A model generated the notes under the pieces. That model saw only the letters and a program-made list of their open reading frames with translations, did not search any database and had not been told where the DNA came from. A DNA stretch of 64,000 nucleotides, taken from the IMG/VR virus record IMGVR_UViG_3300048547_000618; one strand, given 5' to 3'. Below are positions 1 through 10,373 of this stretch, one piece after another (the stretch's first letter is position 1; the number at the start of each line of letters is the position of its first letter). Both the position numbers and the translations under genes were made by a program. The DNA is from an uncultured virus (IMG/VR IMGVR_UViG_3300048547_000618). Taxonomy: Duplodnaviria; Heunggongvirae; Uroviricota; Caudoviricetes.

Positions 1-302
1 TTCTTTTTTGCAATTTTTTTAGCTAAAGTTTCATTTATGACGTGTTCATCTTCAGATGATAAAGATTCTTGAACCCATCCAATTAAATGATCTTCAGTGA
101 TATCTGTTAAAGAAACAAAATCGGCCGCTGCAGTGCTAGCAGCCGATATGTCAGTTGTTCCTATATAACGTGAAGATACCCCGTTAAGCGCAGTACCGGT
201 TTTTTTCCAATCTACTGACACCACAGAATCTGAAAGAGTAATGCCGTCAGCATTTACCTCGTCCCTAGTCCTATACTTTATTATTTTCCAAGTATATTCC
301 AT
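1..302 (-). CDS. Small fibre-associated protein, paralog of 320..700 (runs off window start)
   Basis: Not in the ORF track. My translation from ATG at 302 is MEYTWKIIKYRTRDEVNADGITLSDSVVSVDWKKTGT...DFVSLTDITEDHLIGWVQ..., open to base 1. AGAGG SD lies upstream, and it aligns by eye with the 126 aa neighbour. Confidence 0.8.
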   Translation of the reverse strand, partial: MEYTWKIIKYRTRDEVNADGITLSDSVVSVDWKKTGTALNGVSSRYIGTTDISAASTAAADFVSLTDITEDHLIGWVQESLSSEDEHVINETLAKKIAKK

Positions 303-319
303 GGATTAAGTACCTCTTC

Positions 320-700
320 TTATTCTGGAGCTTCGGCGTCGCCACCAGCAGCCCACGGAAGCGAATCTTCTTCAATCTCAGTTACAAGATCTTTATCAAT
401 TTCAAATTGAATTCGTTCGTCAATATGCGCTTTATATCCTGCGTCGCTATTTACCACATTTTGGATCCAAGCTAAAACATTTGCTTCTGTTAAATCTGCA
501 AATGCCGTAAATGTACCGGCTGGCACGTTTTCTGCGGTAAATGGTGTTGCGCCTGAAAAGGAAGCGGAATTACCATTTTCGTCAGTTCCAGTTACTGACC
601 AATGAGTTTGGACAACTGCGTTTTGAAGTGTAGCACCTTCTGAGTTAACTTGATCCTTAACCTTCAGGTTGGTCACCGACCATTCGTATGTAAAAGCCAT
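320..700 (-). CDS. Small protein downstream of the S74 fibre (possible fibre tip or assembly accessory)
   Basis: 126 aa ORF with a GGAG SD; YxW...VV..xW...F..F..LTE..V..W pattern. Function is inferred from position only. Confidence 0.7.
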   Translation of the reverse strand: MAFTYEWSVTNLKVKDQVNSEGATLQNAVVQTHWSVTGTDENGNSASFSGATPFTAENVPAGTFTAFADLTEANVLAWIQNVVNSDAGYKAHIDERIQFEIDKDLVTEIEEDSLPWAAGGDAEAPE

Positions 701-729
701 TTTTATTTTCTCCGTTGTTAATTATAAGT

Positions 730-3700
730 TTATTTATCTAACTTGTCCATTAGACTATATACCAATTCTTTTAATTTGTCAATCTCTTCTTGCTGATTTT
801 CTATAGTTTTTTGTTGCTCTTTTGTGGCTTCAATCAATAAGCCAACCATATTACCGTAACGAACACCTTTACGTTCTTTACCAGTTTTCATATCTTCGGT
901 GTCATATACGACTCCAGGAAGAACCTTTTCAACTTGCTGCGCAATTACACCAGTGAATTCTCCTTCACGGTCAATGTAGTTATATGTAATACCATCAAGT
1001 TGCTTAACTTTATTTACAGCATTATCAATAATTTTAACATTTTCTTTCCAACGAATATCAGAATAATCGTAGTAAGCAATAATGTTTTCATCTGAACGAA
1101 TTTCACCGTATGCGTTTAGAGCATTTATGCGTGAAGTTGATGCAGGATTCGTATAGTAGAATGTGTTGTTTTGGTCATAGAATAATGGCGCCCGGAACGA
1201 ACCGCGAGCTTCAAAGTAACCAGATCTTGTACGACCTTCCCAAGTACCATTATAATAAATGTATGTAATATAATCTTGGTCGGCGTAAAGAATTGCTTCG
1301 CCATTATCATGATACAATGCAAAAATAGAACCATCATCGTCAGCTCTAATTCTACCACCTTGACCGTTTGCTTCTGTAAAATAAAACTGGCCGTTATCGG
1401 TATCAGAAGTATAAAAATTCAACCTATTATCTTCATCTCCATCATCAATGTATGGGCCACTCACAAACGTTAAACGATCTAACTGGCTAATCCTATACAT
1501 CTGTGAGGTGCCAGCAGGGTTAGTATATTTGGCTGTGTCATTACTATCATAGAAAATAGGTGCTCTCGAAGAACCCGGCGAATATGTATAAGTAGTGTGA
1601 ATTTGGAATTCGTTATTGGTATCAGTATAGAACAGCATAGAATTGGATCCAGTCCGAATTCGAATTGCCCAGTTTTCATCATTATCTAAGAAGCCATGCT
1701 CGCCGGAACCGTTACCGTACCAATAACCTTGAAGGTCATCATTGCTATCATATAGACGAATACCTCCACCACCGGTTGCGCCGTATGAAAGATCTAAATA
1801 CGTATCATCAGTGTAAATGTGACCGCCTGTCCCGCCGTCATCAACGCGAATGCGATTTGCGTATACCACGTTAAGGTTTGATATACTATTAGGATCACAA
1901 TAATAACCGGTGTTATTGTTATCATAAAACAATGTACCACGAAGATCGTATGCCCAGTTATCTCTGTTATTTAAGGTATAAACTAAAGATGCGATTCTGG
2001 TTGTGCGGACTGTATCAAACGATGTTACAAAATCAATGACCCAATCTTGTCCCCAGTTTGTTGAGTAACCAGAATAACCAACGTCAACCCACTGAACGTG
2101 AACCTGCGGATAAGACCAAGAGCTGTTGGTTTCACCAATCCAAACAATGTTATCAGTTCCATTACCGCCCCAACGAATATTGTAGGCGCCTCGGTTGTCG
2201 TCCGTTAACTGAGTTGCAGCTACGTTGTACCATTGTTGGTTTGTGTTGTTGTTATTATAGCCAGAGATCAAAAATTCGTGAGTTCTACCTGTTGAGTATT
2301 CATAAACAGAAACTTTAAACTTCATCATTGTATTAGATTTAAACCGATTGGTCGGCAGTCTAATACGAATTGCACCAGTTACAGAGCTCGTCGTTGTAGT
2401 ATATTGACCACCATTAGGGGCAGTATATCTACGTTCTTGTGAGTCATATAGGTTGTTAATTCTGTGATAGTTCGAACGTGAAGTTGAAGCACCATTAAAA
2501 TAATAACCAGTGTTATCACGATCGTAGAATATTTTAGCACGAACACTTGACCCAGCAGCGTCAATCCAATCACCGGCAACAACCCGAAGTCTCCATGATC
2601 CTTGTGATCCTAATAGACCAAAATCGTTATCAGACTCGGCATAAAGATAACCGCGAATTGTGCCATCATAAGTACCTCTTAGACGAATACCAATTGATGC
2701 GTTATCGTCGTTATGAGAAAGATCCCAATAGTTATCATCGGTTGCATACCAATGCATTGCGTGAGCTGTGCTGTAAAGACCGCGACCACCTGTGTCGTTA
2801 CGGAACCAACCATCATTATACACTTCGCTACGAACATCAAGCGTGTTCATTACTGATGTGCTAGCCGGATTTGTATAATAAGTTGTGTCGTTACTATCAT
2901 AGAAGATTGGTGAACGGAAACTATAAGCACTGTAAGCATACAACGAGTCACCGTAAACATCAAATAAACCGGTTTGAACAATGTCACCAGTTGCACCACC
3001 ATGACGGCCAATTCTAAAATCAGCGCCTGAAGTATTATTGTTGTTTGAATCTAAGTTAATCCACAAGCTTCCGTATGTGTTAATACGAATATCGTCAGAT
3101 GCGTCGCCGGCATTATTACGAGATGATATAGAATGGTTTGTACTATCATCACCATAAAAAGTAATAAAGTCGCCGCGATCACGCATATCAAAACGATCAG
3201 CTCGTATAGTACCCATTTCAGAAGTACCATTTGGATTTACGTAGCGAGCCGAGTCGTTACGATCATAAAATGCCTGAGCATAATGGTTTCTGTTTGTAAG
3301 AACATCACCGTCTCCGCGAACGATCATATTCCATTGACCACCTATTCCACCATCTCTAAACGAGATGTCTTCGCCGCCTGATGTAGCAATAATTAAATGC
3401 GCATCGTTAGTTTCAGTTGCCTCAATGTATCCACGAGTGGTACCACTCGATGTGTCAAGTCGTATTTCATTACCGTTATCTATGCGGAGATTGCCAAACA
3501 GATCAAGACTAGTTAAATGAGAGTTACCAGTTAAATCTAAGTATCTTTGAGCATTGTTTTGAGCTTGCACATTTCCACTAACATAAACTGCGTTTGCGTG
3601 AAGGTAACCAAACCCTCCATAACTATATGGTCCACCTGCAAAATCAGCTGACGCATTACCAACACCTACATTCCAGTGAATGCCTGGGCCAATCGGTCCT

Positions 3701-6700
3701 GCGTGGGCAAGGGTGGTGCCGTTCGTTTGTGTAATTGCAGAATTTTGAAAATGGTTACCGAAATAAAATCCTTCTTCAAAACCAGCCTTTTGTACATATC
3801 TAAAATATATTTTTGCATCAGCGTCTGCGCCATATGGCATACCAACCCAAACGTAATTAGAATTATCAACATATACTTCAGGAGCATTTGCTAAATTACT
3901 TCCGGCTGTAGTATGATACATATTAACTTCATTAGGAACGTGGGTGATACCCATTTTGTTAGTTCCAGAACCTCGTCTAACATAAATTTTACCACCAACT
4001 TGCCCAAAACCATTCCAGTTTTGAGTGAAATAATATTCAATGATTGTAGTTCTATCAGAATTTTGCTGACGCCCTAAGCGAGTATAGAGTTGATTATAGC
4101 CACTACCATAGCTTGACGCATATTCATACCAAATACCAACTTCTGGGTTTGTGAATGTTAAACCATTAAATTGTAACGTGTTGAGGTTAACAGCATTAAA
4201 TCTAGATAGACTTGCAAAGTCGCCATAATAAGAAGTATTGTTTGAGTCATAAAAGATCGGTGAACGCATTTGGTTTCTTGCGTATCCAAATCCGTTTTCA
4301 GTTTCAAGCTGAACCGCCCCGTTATAATATAAGTCAACACCCGCGTTTCTTATACCATATAACATCCATTCATTATCGTAATCGTTATAGAGGCCCATGT
4401 TTGTAATGCTAGACGACATAAAGACATAGCGATTGTTAATAGAATATCCTGAATACCCGCTTCTACCAGAACCATAAACTGCAACAGAACCGTAGGTGCC
4501 ATATGAAGATGGATAATCAAAGTAAACACTAGAATTATTATCGTAAGCAGGATATAATCTGTTGGTACGCAGTGTATTAAGACGTGAGGTTGACGCAGGG
4601 TCTACATAATAACTTGTGCTACTGTAGTCGTACATAATTGCAGCATCAAGTCGGTTTTGAAATGATCCGTATCTTGATTTAAGGCCAGAAGCAACAATAC
4701 CTGCTGAGTTAGAGTCTGTGGCTGAAATCTTATCACCAATAAATTCAAACCATGCGCCCATTTGCTGTCCTGCTACAGTGTGTGCGCTGTTAGTATCACT
4801 GTGCTGAATATAATTGTCATCACCAGTGCCATCGTTTAAGAATACAACTCTTGGTGTTACAATTTTAGATGTAGCTTGAATTATACTAGTTGAAATATCT
4901 GGATCAGTGCCATCGCCTAAGTTTGATGTTGAGCCAATGTGAAGTTTACTGAATACAGAAGTACTTGCAGGATTTGCAGAAAAGCCAGTGTCGTTTGAGT
5001 CAATAAATGCTGTGGCAAACATTCTGTTTCCAGCGTGTACGTCTCCGTCAGTTTCAACACGCATACGCATTGTACCTGCGCCAGTTCCTAACGAAGAAGA
5101 AGTAAACTGTAGGTTACCGCCTGCATTTGTAGTTAGATCGTTTGGTGATTCGTAAATTTGCCAGGTCTCACCACCTTTCCACTTAATACCTTCTTGTGGA
5201 CCTGGATCGTTAAATGAAAGGTTGTTTAGATTTTCAATTGAACCGTTTGACCAATCCCAAGGTCCTGAAACCCTACCACCAGTTTGAGGATTCATAAAGT
5301 AAGCAGTGTTATCTCTATCTCTAAAGTTACTTGCATCAACAACGTTCATCTTAGATGTTGCGTTTGGATCTACATAATAATTGTTATCATCGGCATCATA
5401 CATAATCGGAGCATAAATATTTGAGCTACGAAGTCTACTATGAACCTGTGTTCTTTTTAGAATTGGAGGACCAAATTCACGAAGAGCACCGGTTGTTTGA
5501 TAGTTCATTAATAGGCGAATACGAACGTATTTAACACCTGATCCATCAGAGCCGCTAAAAGCTGTATGACTTGTTGGAATTGTCGTATGACCCGAATATG
5601 TTGTCCAACTTGTTGAACTAACGTTAACATTACTTGCAACGAAATATGTTGTGCCAGTGTTAGCGGCAATTGGGTTTTTATCTTTATCAAAACGCTCAAT
5701 ACCATAATACAAGGTTGATCCACTGCCTGATACATATCTTGCAGCAATTTCGCCATAAAGTTCTTCACCCGGCTCAACCTCAATATAGTCAGATACAAAT
5801 GTACGATAGCCGCTTGTTCTGATTATATAACTTGATGCAACTGGCGCGATACCTGATTTAACAAAGTCCGCTGTAGAAGTTGTTGCGCTGTCTTCAGTAC
5901 CTTGCATAGCCTGAATAACTCGTTTTTCCCAATACATTGTTCCATCGAATAGAACTGTATCAGCAAGACCTGAGCCATATGATTTGAGAAGTGGAAGATC
6001 TTCGTTACCGCCGCTAATTCTGATATTTGAGAATGTACCTTCGCCTTTGGCGTAGAAGTTACCGTTATCCAAATCAATAGATGCTTTAATATCGCCATTA
6101 CCTACGAATGTAAGTTCGTTTGGATTAGCAGATCCAAAATGAGCGAGTGACGATGTTGTTGTAGCCCAGAAAATACCCCAATTATTTGTAGGAGTCCAAA
6201 CCCAATGGTTACGATCTTCGGCTATAAGATATTTGTTAGTCGTAACATCTCCGGTTGCAAAACCTGTTCTGCTTATTTGACCATTAATACTAATCGCTGT
6301 ACTTGTATTTCCAGCTGCAAAGTTGGCAAAGAATGAAGTGTTATCTGAGTCATAAAATACTGGAGCTCGCATTTGAGTTGGAGCATAGCCATAACCGTTT
6401 TCAGCGCCAATTTGATGAACGCCGTTTGCGTACAATCTTGTCCAGCTATTATCAGTTGCCTGCAAAACCCATTCGTTACGAGTATCATTAAAAATACCAG
6501 CACTAGTGCTACCGGTTGCCATGAATACCCAATCATCGTTAATTGCGTATCCTGCATAACTACCTGTATCGCCTGAAACTTTAATAGAACCATAATCGCC
6601 AGTTACACCATCAATTGTATATGTTGCACTGTCGACTTGAAGTTGCTGAACTCTTTGAACGTTATGAAGTGAAGTACTTGCTTGGTCTGTATAAAACGCA

Positions 6701-9700
6701 GTGTTGTTCGAGTCATAAAAGATTGGAGCGCGGGATGATGTTCTTGCAAATACGTTACCGTCTGGCAGAACATAAAAATGTTTTACTTGAGCTGCGCCAG
6801 CAGTATCAGGTGTACCAATTGTTGTATTTAATGAAGCCTCACCTATATCTGGTCTAAATCTTAAATAAACACCATACGGTTGACCTGCGGTTTCACGCCC
6901 ATAATACTGGCCATTAAAGTCAATGTTTGCACCTATACCTGCACCATGATAAGTGAGTGCTGGCTCTGATGCCCATAAAGTTAAGAATGCTTCGTTTGCC
7001 GCGGTAGCGCTTGGATACCAAAGCTGTAATCTGGTGTCATCATGTCCACCTTTAATATACGCATTATACAAGTAAGATGTACTTGCTGGATTTGTATAAT
7101 ATGCAGTGTTATCACTATCATAAAAGATTGGTGCTCTTGAAGAACCTGGAGATAATGAATAGCTACTGTATACTCTAAACTCATCGTTACCGTTTGCAGA
7201 AAAACCTAATACGTTTGCAGCATACTTGTACATGCCGCTATTTGCTTGACTATTAAACGCATATGTTGGAGTAGCAAGTGCGCCATCTCCGCCAAGTATT
7301 TCTCCTGCCATTTTGATTGAAACATCAGTATTACCAAAATCGCCATAATAAGTATTGTTATTGGAGTCAAAATATATTGGAGCATATACGTTAACAGCAA
7401 AATCAGCAGAATTATTATCAATGTTAAATCTTTGCGTTCCGTCAGTCCAAATTCTAAATGTGTCGTTAGCTTCAAATCCAAAATATGTATTTGTGTCTCC
7501 GCGATGACGAATATATGTATCAATATCAATTTGCGCCATTTGAGATGTAGATGCAAAGTCGCCATAGTAATTGTTATTATCATCATCATAAAAACGGCCT
7601 GCATACATATCGCCTGTGGTTTGTATATTTTTATTCCCACGAGTTTTTATTGTAGTAGTGTCGTCCATAAAGAAGCCACCACCGGCAGAAAATCCTAATT
7701 CATTAACACCTAAGAATGTGGCTGCGTTGATATTAGCATTACCACCATCAGCTGCGCTAATTGCAAATACGTCGGTCTGTGAATTTAATTGAACTGAGCC
7801 ATTTACATGGAGTTTGTTTGCAGATGGAGAAGGAGTAGCAGAAATTGAAACTCCTTCGTAAGTGCCATCCATTGTTGCATAAGTACCGTTTTGGTCACCA
7901 ACAACAAGTTCGCCGTTGGTTGCATCTATTGTAACACCGATGCTTGCGCCTGTGGTCGAGAATAAGTATTCGCCGTTTCCAATAATCCAAACATTACTTG
8001 AATTATCCAAAGCCCAATATGATTTTTCAGTATCGTTATCTTGCAATGATAGCAGTTTATTAGCTGCAGCAAACGGATTGTTTGTTGCGGCCGATCTTGT
8101 ACTAAGATTAAGATTTGCTTCGGTTGGCGTGACAGTACCAATACCAACATTACCATCTGCGTTGATAACTAAATTGGCTTCATCAATAAATGATGTCATA
8201 CCAAAGTGAGCAAGCGAATTTTCTGCTAAAACATATGCGGTTGTATCATCATCTGATACTGCAATAGACGCTCTGTTATCACCACTCTTAAATCGTGCAA
8301 TCGTATCAAGAGTAGCATGATATACATCTAAAGTATAAGAATTACTTGTTGTACCAACACTTACATTTTGGTCAAAATACGTAAGAGCATCGGTTGTGCG
8401 CATTCTTTCAGCGCCGTTAGTAAATGTTGATATTTGTCCATCAGTTGGGAAACCAATATAAGTTGTGATATCACCACGGTGACGAATATAATCATCAATG
8501 TCAATAGTATTCATTTGAGAGTCAGATGCAGGATCCGCATAATAAGCTGTATTATCAGAGTCAACAAATCTAGGAGCTCTCATATCAACCAATGAATAGT
8601 TAGCTGCACCGCTAGAAAAACCAACGAAGAAACGATTTACCCCGCCTTGAGTAAATGCAAGAACATCAGCTCCAGATCTGTACATACCAGTACTTGTGCC
8701 TGCTTCAAAACCATAACCTGGAATACTAGCTGTACCATCATCACCTTGAATTTGTTGGCTTACAATAAGAGACGGTCCTGATGTTGCACCAGGATCTAAG
8801 AAATAAGTATTGTTATTTGAGTCGATAAATTTTGGAGCATATACATTTACAGAAAAATCAGCGCTATCGTTATCAAGGTTAAATCTTTCTGTTCCGCCTG
8901 TCACGAATGTCATTGCGTCTGCCGCGTCAAACCCCATATAAGTATCAGCGTCACCTCTATGAATAATGTAATCATCAAGTAGGATTGTTTTTAATTCTGA
9001 GTCACCAGCAGGATCTAAGAAATAATTTACATCGTTTAAGTCATAGTATGCAGGAGCTTTAATTATAACGTTTGATACGTTTTCAGTTAAACCAACGGTC
9101 CATCTTAAAGTGTTATCAATATGAGTCTGTACTGTGCTGCTAGCAAAAGTAATATAATCGTTAGTATTTCCGCCAGCACCACTAAGGTTTCCAGCTAATT
9201 CAATATTATTAACTTTAGAAGTTGATGCAGGATCTACTAAAAATGTATTATCATCGGAGTCAAGGAAACGCTTTGCATAGATATCGTTGGTTACAATCCA
9301 GTCATCGTTTGTGTCAGAATATGCTGACCAAGATAAGGAATTATTTGTAAACCCAATATTTCCAGCTGTGCTGTAAATGGATCGGTTTGTTCCATTGCCA
9401 TCAAAGTTAATTCGGGCAGGACCTGAGTTGTTACCAATTGTAAGAACTTGTTCAATTGTAATATTACCGGTTGCAGTATCGTCTGCATCTGCTCGTAAGA
9501 ATTGCGCAGCCTCTAAACCGTCAACCGTGTCAGCATCAAAACCGTTACCTGAACCTTCATCTGCAGTTGTAATAATACGACCTAAGTCTGTACCTGCTGA
9601 AATTAGTTTAAACCAATCGTTTGTTTCATCCCATTGTAAAGATGAATTAGTTAATGTACCGCGTTCTACTTCCCAACCTGCATTTTCAGTAGGAGTAGAT

Positions 9701-10332
9701 CCAGTGTAATTACTATTAAGGGTAAGTAAGTTATCAGCGATTAAAACGGTTTCAGAATTGACTGTGGTTGTTACGCCTTGGACTGTTAAGTTACCAGTGA
9801 TAACATAACTACCTGACATCGTGTCGTCTTCGTCAGATCTTACAAAACTTGCGCCTTCAACTCCATCTAGGAGGTCTGCATCTAATCCTGATCCTGCGCC
9901 ATCGTTATTAGCGTACCATATAGTACTACCATTAACTGTTGGGTCAATTTTAAAATCTGCTTGAGTTGTTGTGATTTGAAATTTGCTATTACCGCCAACA
10001 GAAAATTCTAATCCGTTTCCGGCATTGTTATTAAATTTAAGTTCAGTTGCACCACTTGTATTATACCAAGCATAATCACCGTCACCGACATCACGTAAAA
10101 CAAGGGATGCTGTTCTACCTTCAAATTCTACGAATTGATCACCAACGGTGTTATTAGTATTCTTTACGACTAAACTAGGAGATGCTGTAGCTTGGGTAAT
10201 TTCAACTTGCCCAGTGGCCTTTGTAGTACCTGTTACCTGGAGCTTTTCTCCGGTATCAGTAGTAGATCCAATAACAACATTTTCTTGTGTCAAGAGACCA
10301 TTCTTGACTATAAACTTTTTATCGTTCGCCAC
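730..10332 (-). CDS. Giant long tail fibre (3200 aa) with C-terminal peptidase S74 intramolecular chaperone
   Basis: GTG start with GGGGAG SD. Contains LDADLLDG fibre motifs and about 20 APxFYDSxNTxYYxxPASTS repeats. The C-terminus has SDIRWKEN...GVIAQQVE..LP..V...VRYGNMVGLLIEA plus a coiled coil, the S74 signature. Confidence 0.9.
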   Translation of the reverse strand: MANDKKFIVKNGLLTQENVVIGSTTDTGEKLQVTGTTKATGQVEITQATASPSLVVKNTNNTVGDQFVEFEGRTASLVLRDVGDGDYAWYNTSGATELKFNNNAGNGLEFSVGGNSKFQITTTQADFKIDPTVNGSTIWYANNDGAGSGLDADLLDGVEGASFVRSDEDDTMSGSYVITGNLTVQGVTTTVNSETVLIADNLLTLNSNYTGSTPTENAGWEVERGTLTNSSLQWDETNDWFKLISAGTDLGRIITTADEGSGNGFDADTVDGLEAAQFLRADADDTATGNITIEQVLTIGNNSGPARINFDGNGTNRSIYSTAGNIGFTNNSLSWSAYSDTNDDWIVTNDIYAKRFLDSDDNTFLVDPASTSKVNNIELAGNLSGAGGNTNDYITFASSTVQTHIDNTLRWTVGLTENVSNVIIKAPAYYDLNDVNYFLDPAGDSELKTILLDDYIIHRGDADTYMGFDAADAMTFVTGGTERFNLDNDSADFSVNVYAPKFIDSNNNTYFLDPGATSGPSLIVSQQIQGDDGTASIPGYGFEAGTSTGMYRSGADVLAFTQGGVNRFFVGFSSGAANYSLVDMRAPRFVDSDNTAYYADPASDSQMNTIDIDDYIRHRGDITTYIGFPTDGQISTFTNGAERMRTTDALTYFDQNVSVGTTSNSYTLDVYHATLDTIARFKSGDNRASIAVSDDDTTAYVLAENSLAHFGMTSFIDEANLVINADGNVGIGTVTPTEANLNLSTRSAATNNPFAAANKLLSLQDNDTEKSYWALDNSSNVWIIGNGEYLFSTTGASIGVTIDATNGELVVGDQNGTYATMDGTYEGVSISATPSPSANKLHVNGSVQLNSQTDVFAISAADGGNANINAATFLGVNELGFSAGGGFFMDDTTTIKTRGNKNIQTTGDMYAGRFYDDDNNNYYGDFASTSQMAQIDIDTYIRHRGDTNTYFGFEANDTFRIWTDGTQRFNIDNNSADFAVNVYAPIYFDSNNNTYYGDFGNTDVSIKMAGEILGGDGALATPTYAFNSQANSGMYKYAANVLGFSANGNDEFRVYSSYSLSPGSSRAPIFYDSDNTAYYTNPASTSYLYNAYIKGGHDDTRLQLWYPSATAANEAFLTLWASEPALTYHGAGIGANIDFNGQYYGRETAGQPYGVYLRFRPDIGEASLNTTIGTPDTAGAAQVKHFYVLPDGNVFARTSSRAPIFYDSNNTAFYTDQASTSLHNVQRVQQLQVDSATYTIDGVTGDYGSIKVSGDTGSYAGYAINDDWVFMATGSTSAGIFNDTRNEWVLQATDNSWTRLYANGVHQIGAENGYGYAPTQMRAPVFYDSDNTSFFANFAAGNTSTAISINGQISRTGFATGDVTTNKYLIAEDRNHWVWTPTNNWGIFWATTTSSLAHFGSANPNELTFVGNGDIKASIDLDNGNFYAKGEGTFSNIRISGGNEDLPLLKSYGSGLADTVLFDGTMYWEKRVIQAMQGTEDSATTSTADFVKSGIAPVASSYIIRTSGYRTFVSDYIEVEPGEELYGEIAARYVSGSGSTLYYGIERFDKDKNPIAANTGTTYFVASNVNVSSTSWTTYSGHTTIPTSHTAFSGSDGSGVKYVRIRLLMNYQTTGALREFGPPILKRTQVHSRLRSSNIYAPIMYDADDNNYYVDPNATSKMNVVDASNFRDRDNTAYFMNPQTGGRVSGPWDWSNGSIENLNNLSFNDPGPQEGIKWKGGETWQIYESPNDLTTNAGGNLQFTSSSLGTGAGTMRMRVETDGDVHAGNRMFATAFIDSNDTGFSANPASTSVFSKLHIGSTSNLGDGTDPDISTSIIQATSKIVTPRVVFLNDGTGDDNYIQHSDTNSAHTVAGQQMGAWFEFIGDKISATDSNSAGIVASGLKSRYGSFQNRLDAAIMYDYSSTSYYVDPASTSRLNTLRTNRLYPAYDNNSSVYFDYPSSYGTYGSVAVYGSGRSGYSGYSINNRYVFMSSSITNMGLYNDYDNEWMLYGIRNAGVDLYYNGAVQLETENGFGYARNQMRSPIFYDSNNTSYYGDFASLSRFNAVNLNTLQFNGLTFTNPEVGIWYEYASSYGSGYNQLYTRLGRQQNSDRTTIIEYYFTQNWNGFGQVGGKIYVRRGSGTNKMGITHVPNEVNMYHTTAGSNLANAPEVYVDNSNYVWVGMPYGADADAKIYFRYVQKAGFEEGFYFGNHFQNSAITQTNGTTLAHAGPIGPGIHWNVGVGNASADFAGGPYSYGGFGYLHANAVYVSGNVQAQNNAQRYLDLTGNSHLTSLDLFGNLRIDNGNEIRLDTSSGTTRGYIEATETNDAHLIIATSGGEDISFRDGGIGGQWNMIVRGDGDVLTNRNHYAQAFYDRNDSARYVNPNGTSEMGTIRADRFDMRDRGDFITFYGDDSTNHSISSRNNAGDASDDIRINTYGSLWINLDSNNNNTSGADFRIGRHGGATGDIVQTGLFDVYGDSLYAYSAYSFRSPIFYDSNDTTYYTNPASTSVMNTLDVRSEVYNDGWFRNDTGGRGLYSTAHAMHWYATDDNYWDLSHNDDNASIGIRLRGTYDGTIRGYLYAESDNDFGLLGSQGSWRLRVVAGDWIDAAGSSVRAKIFYDRDNTGYYFNGASTSRSNYHRINNLYDSQERRYTAPNGGQYTTTTSSVTGAIRIRLPTNRFKSNTMMKFKVSVYEYSTGRTHEFLISGYNNNNTNQQWYNVAATQLTDDNRGAYNIRWGGNGTDNIVWIGETNSSWSYPQVHVQWVDVGYSGYSTNWGQDWVIDFVTSFDTVRTTRIASLVYTLNNRDNWAYDLRGTLFYDNNNTGYYCDPNSISNLNVVYANRIRVDDGGTGGHIYTDDTYLDLSYGATGGGGIRLYDSNDDLQGYWYGNGSGEHGFLDNDENWAIRIRTGSNSMLFYTDTNNEFQIHTTYTYSPGSSRAPIFYDSNDTAKYTNPAGTSQMYRISQLDRLTFVSGPYIDDGDEDNRLNFYTSDTDNGQFYFTEANGQGGRIRADDDGSIFALYHDNGEAILYADQDYITYIYYNGTWEGRTRSGYFEARGSFRAPLFYDQNNTFYYTNPASTSRINALNAYGEIRSDENIIAYYDYSDIRWKENVKIIDNAVNKVKQLDGITYNYIDREGEFTGVIAQQVEKVLPGVVYDTEDMKTGKERKGVRYGNMVGLLIEATKEQQKTIENQQEEIDKLKELVYSLMDKLDK
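731..738 (-). promoter_or_regulatory. Variant late promoter GATAAATA
   Basis: One mismatch to TATAAATA. Overlaps the stop of the 3200 aa gene, about 30 nt upstream of the 700 start. Confidence 0.4.
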
Positions 10333-10365
10333 GGTTCACTCTCCCCAAATTGGCTTATTTTCTAT

Positions 10366-10373
10366 TATTTATA
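10366..10373 (-). promoter_or_regulatory. T4-type late promoter TATAAATA
   Basis: Exact consensus overlapping the stop of 10369..12666, 33 nt upstream of the giant fibre start. Confidence 0.75.
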
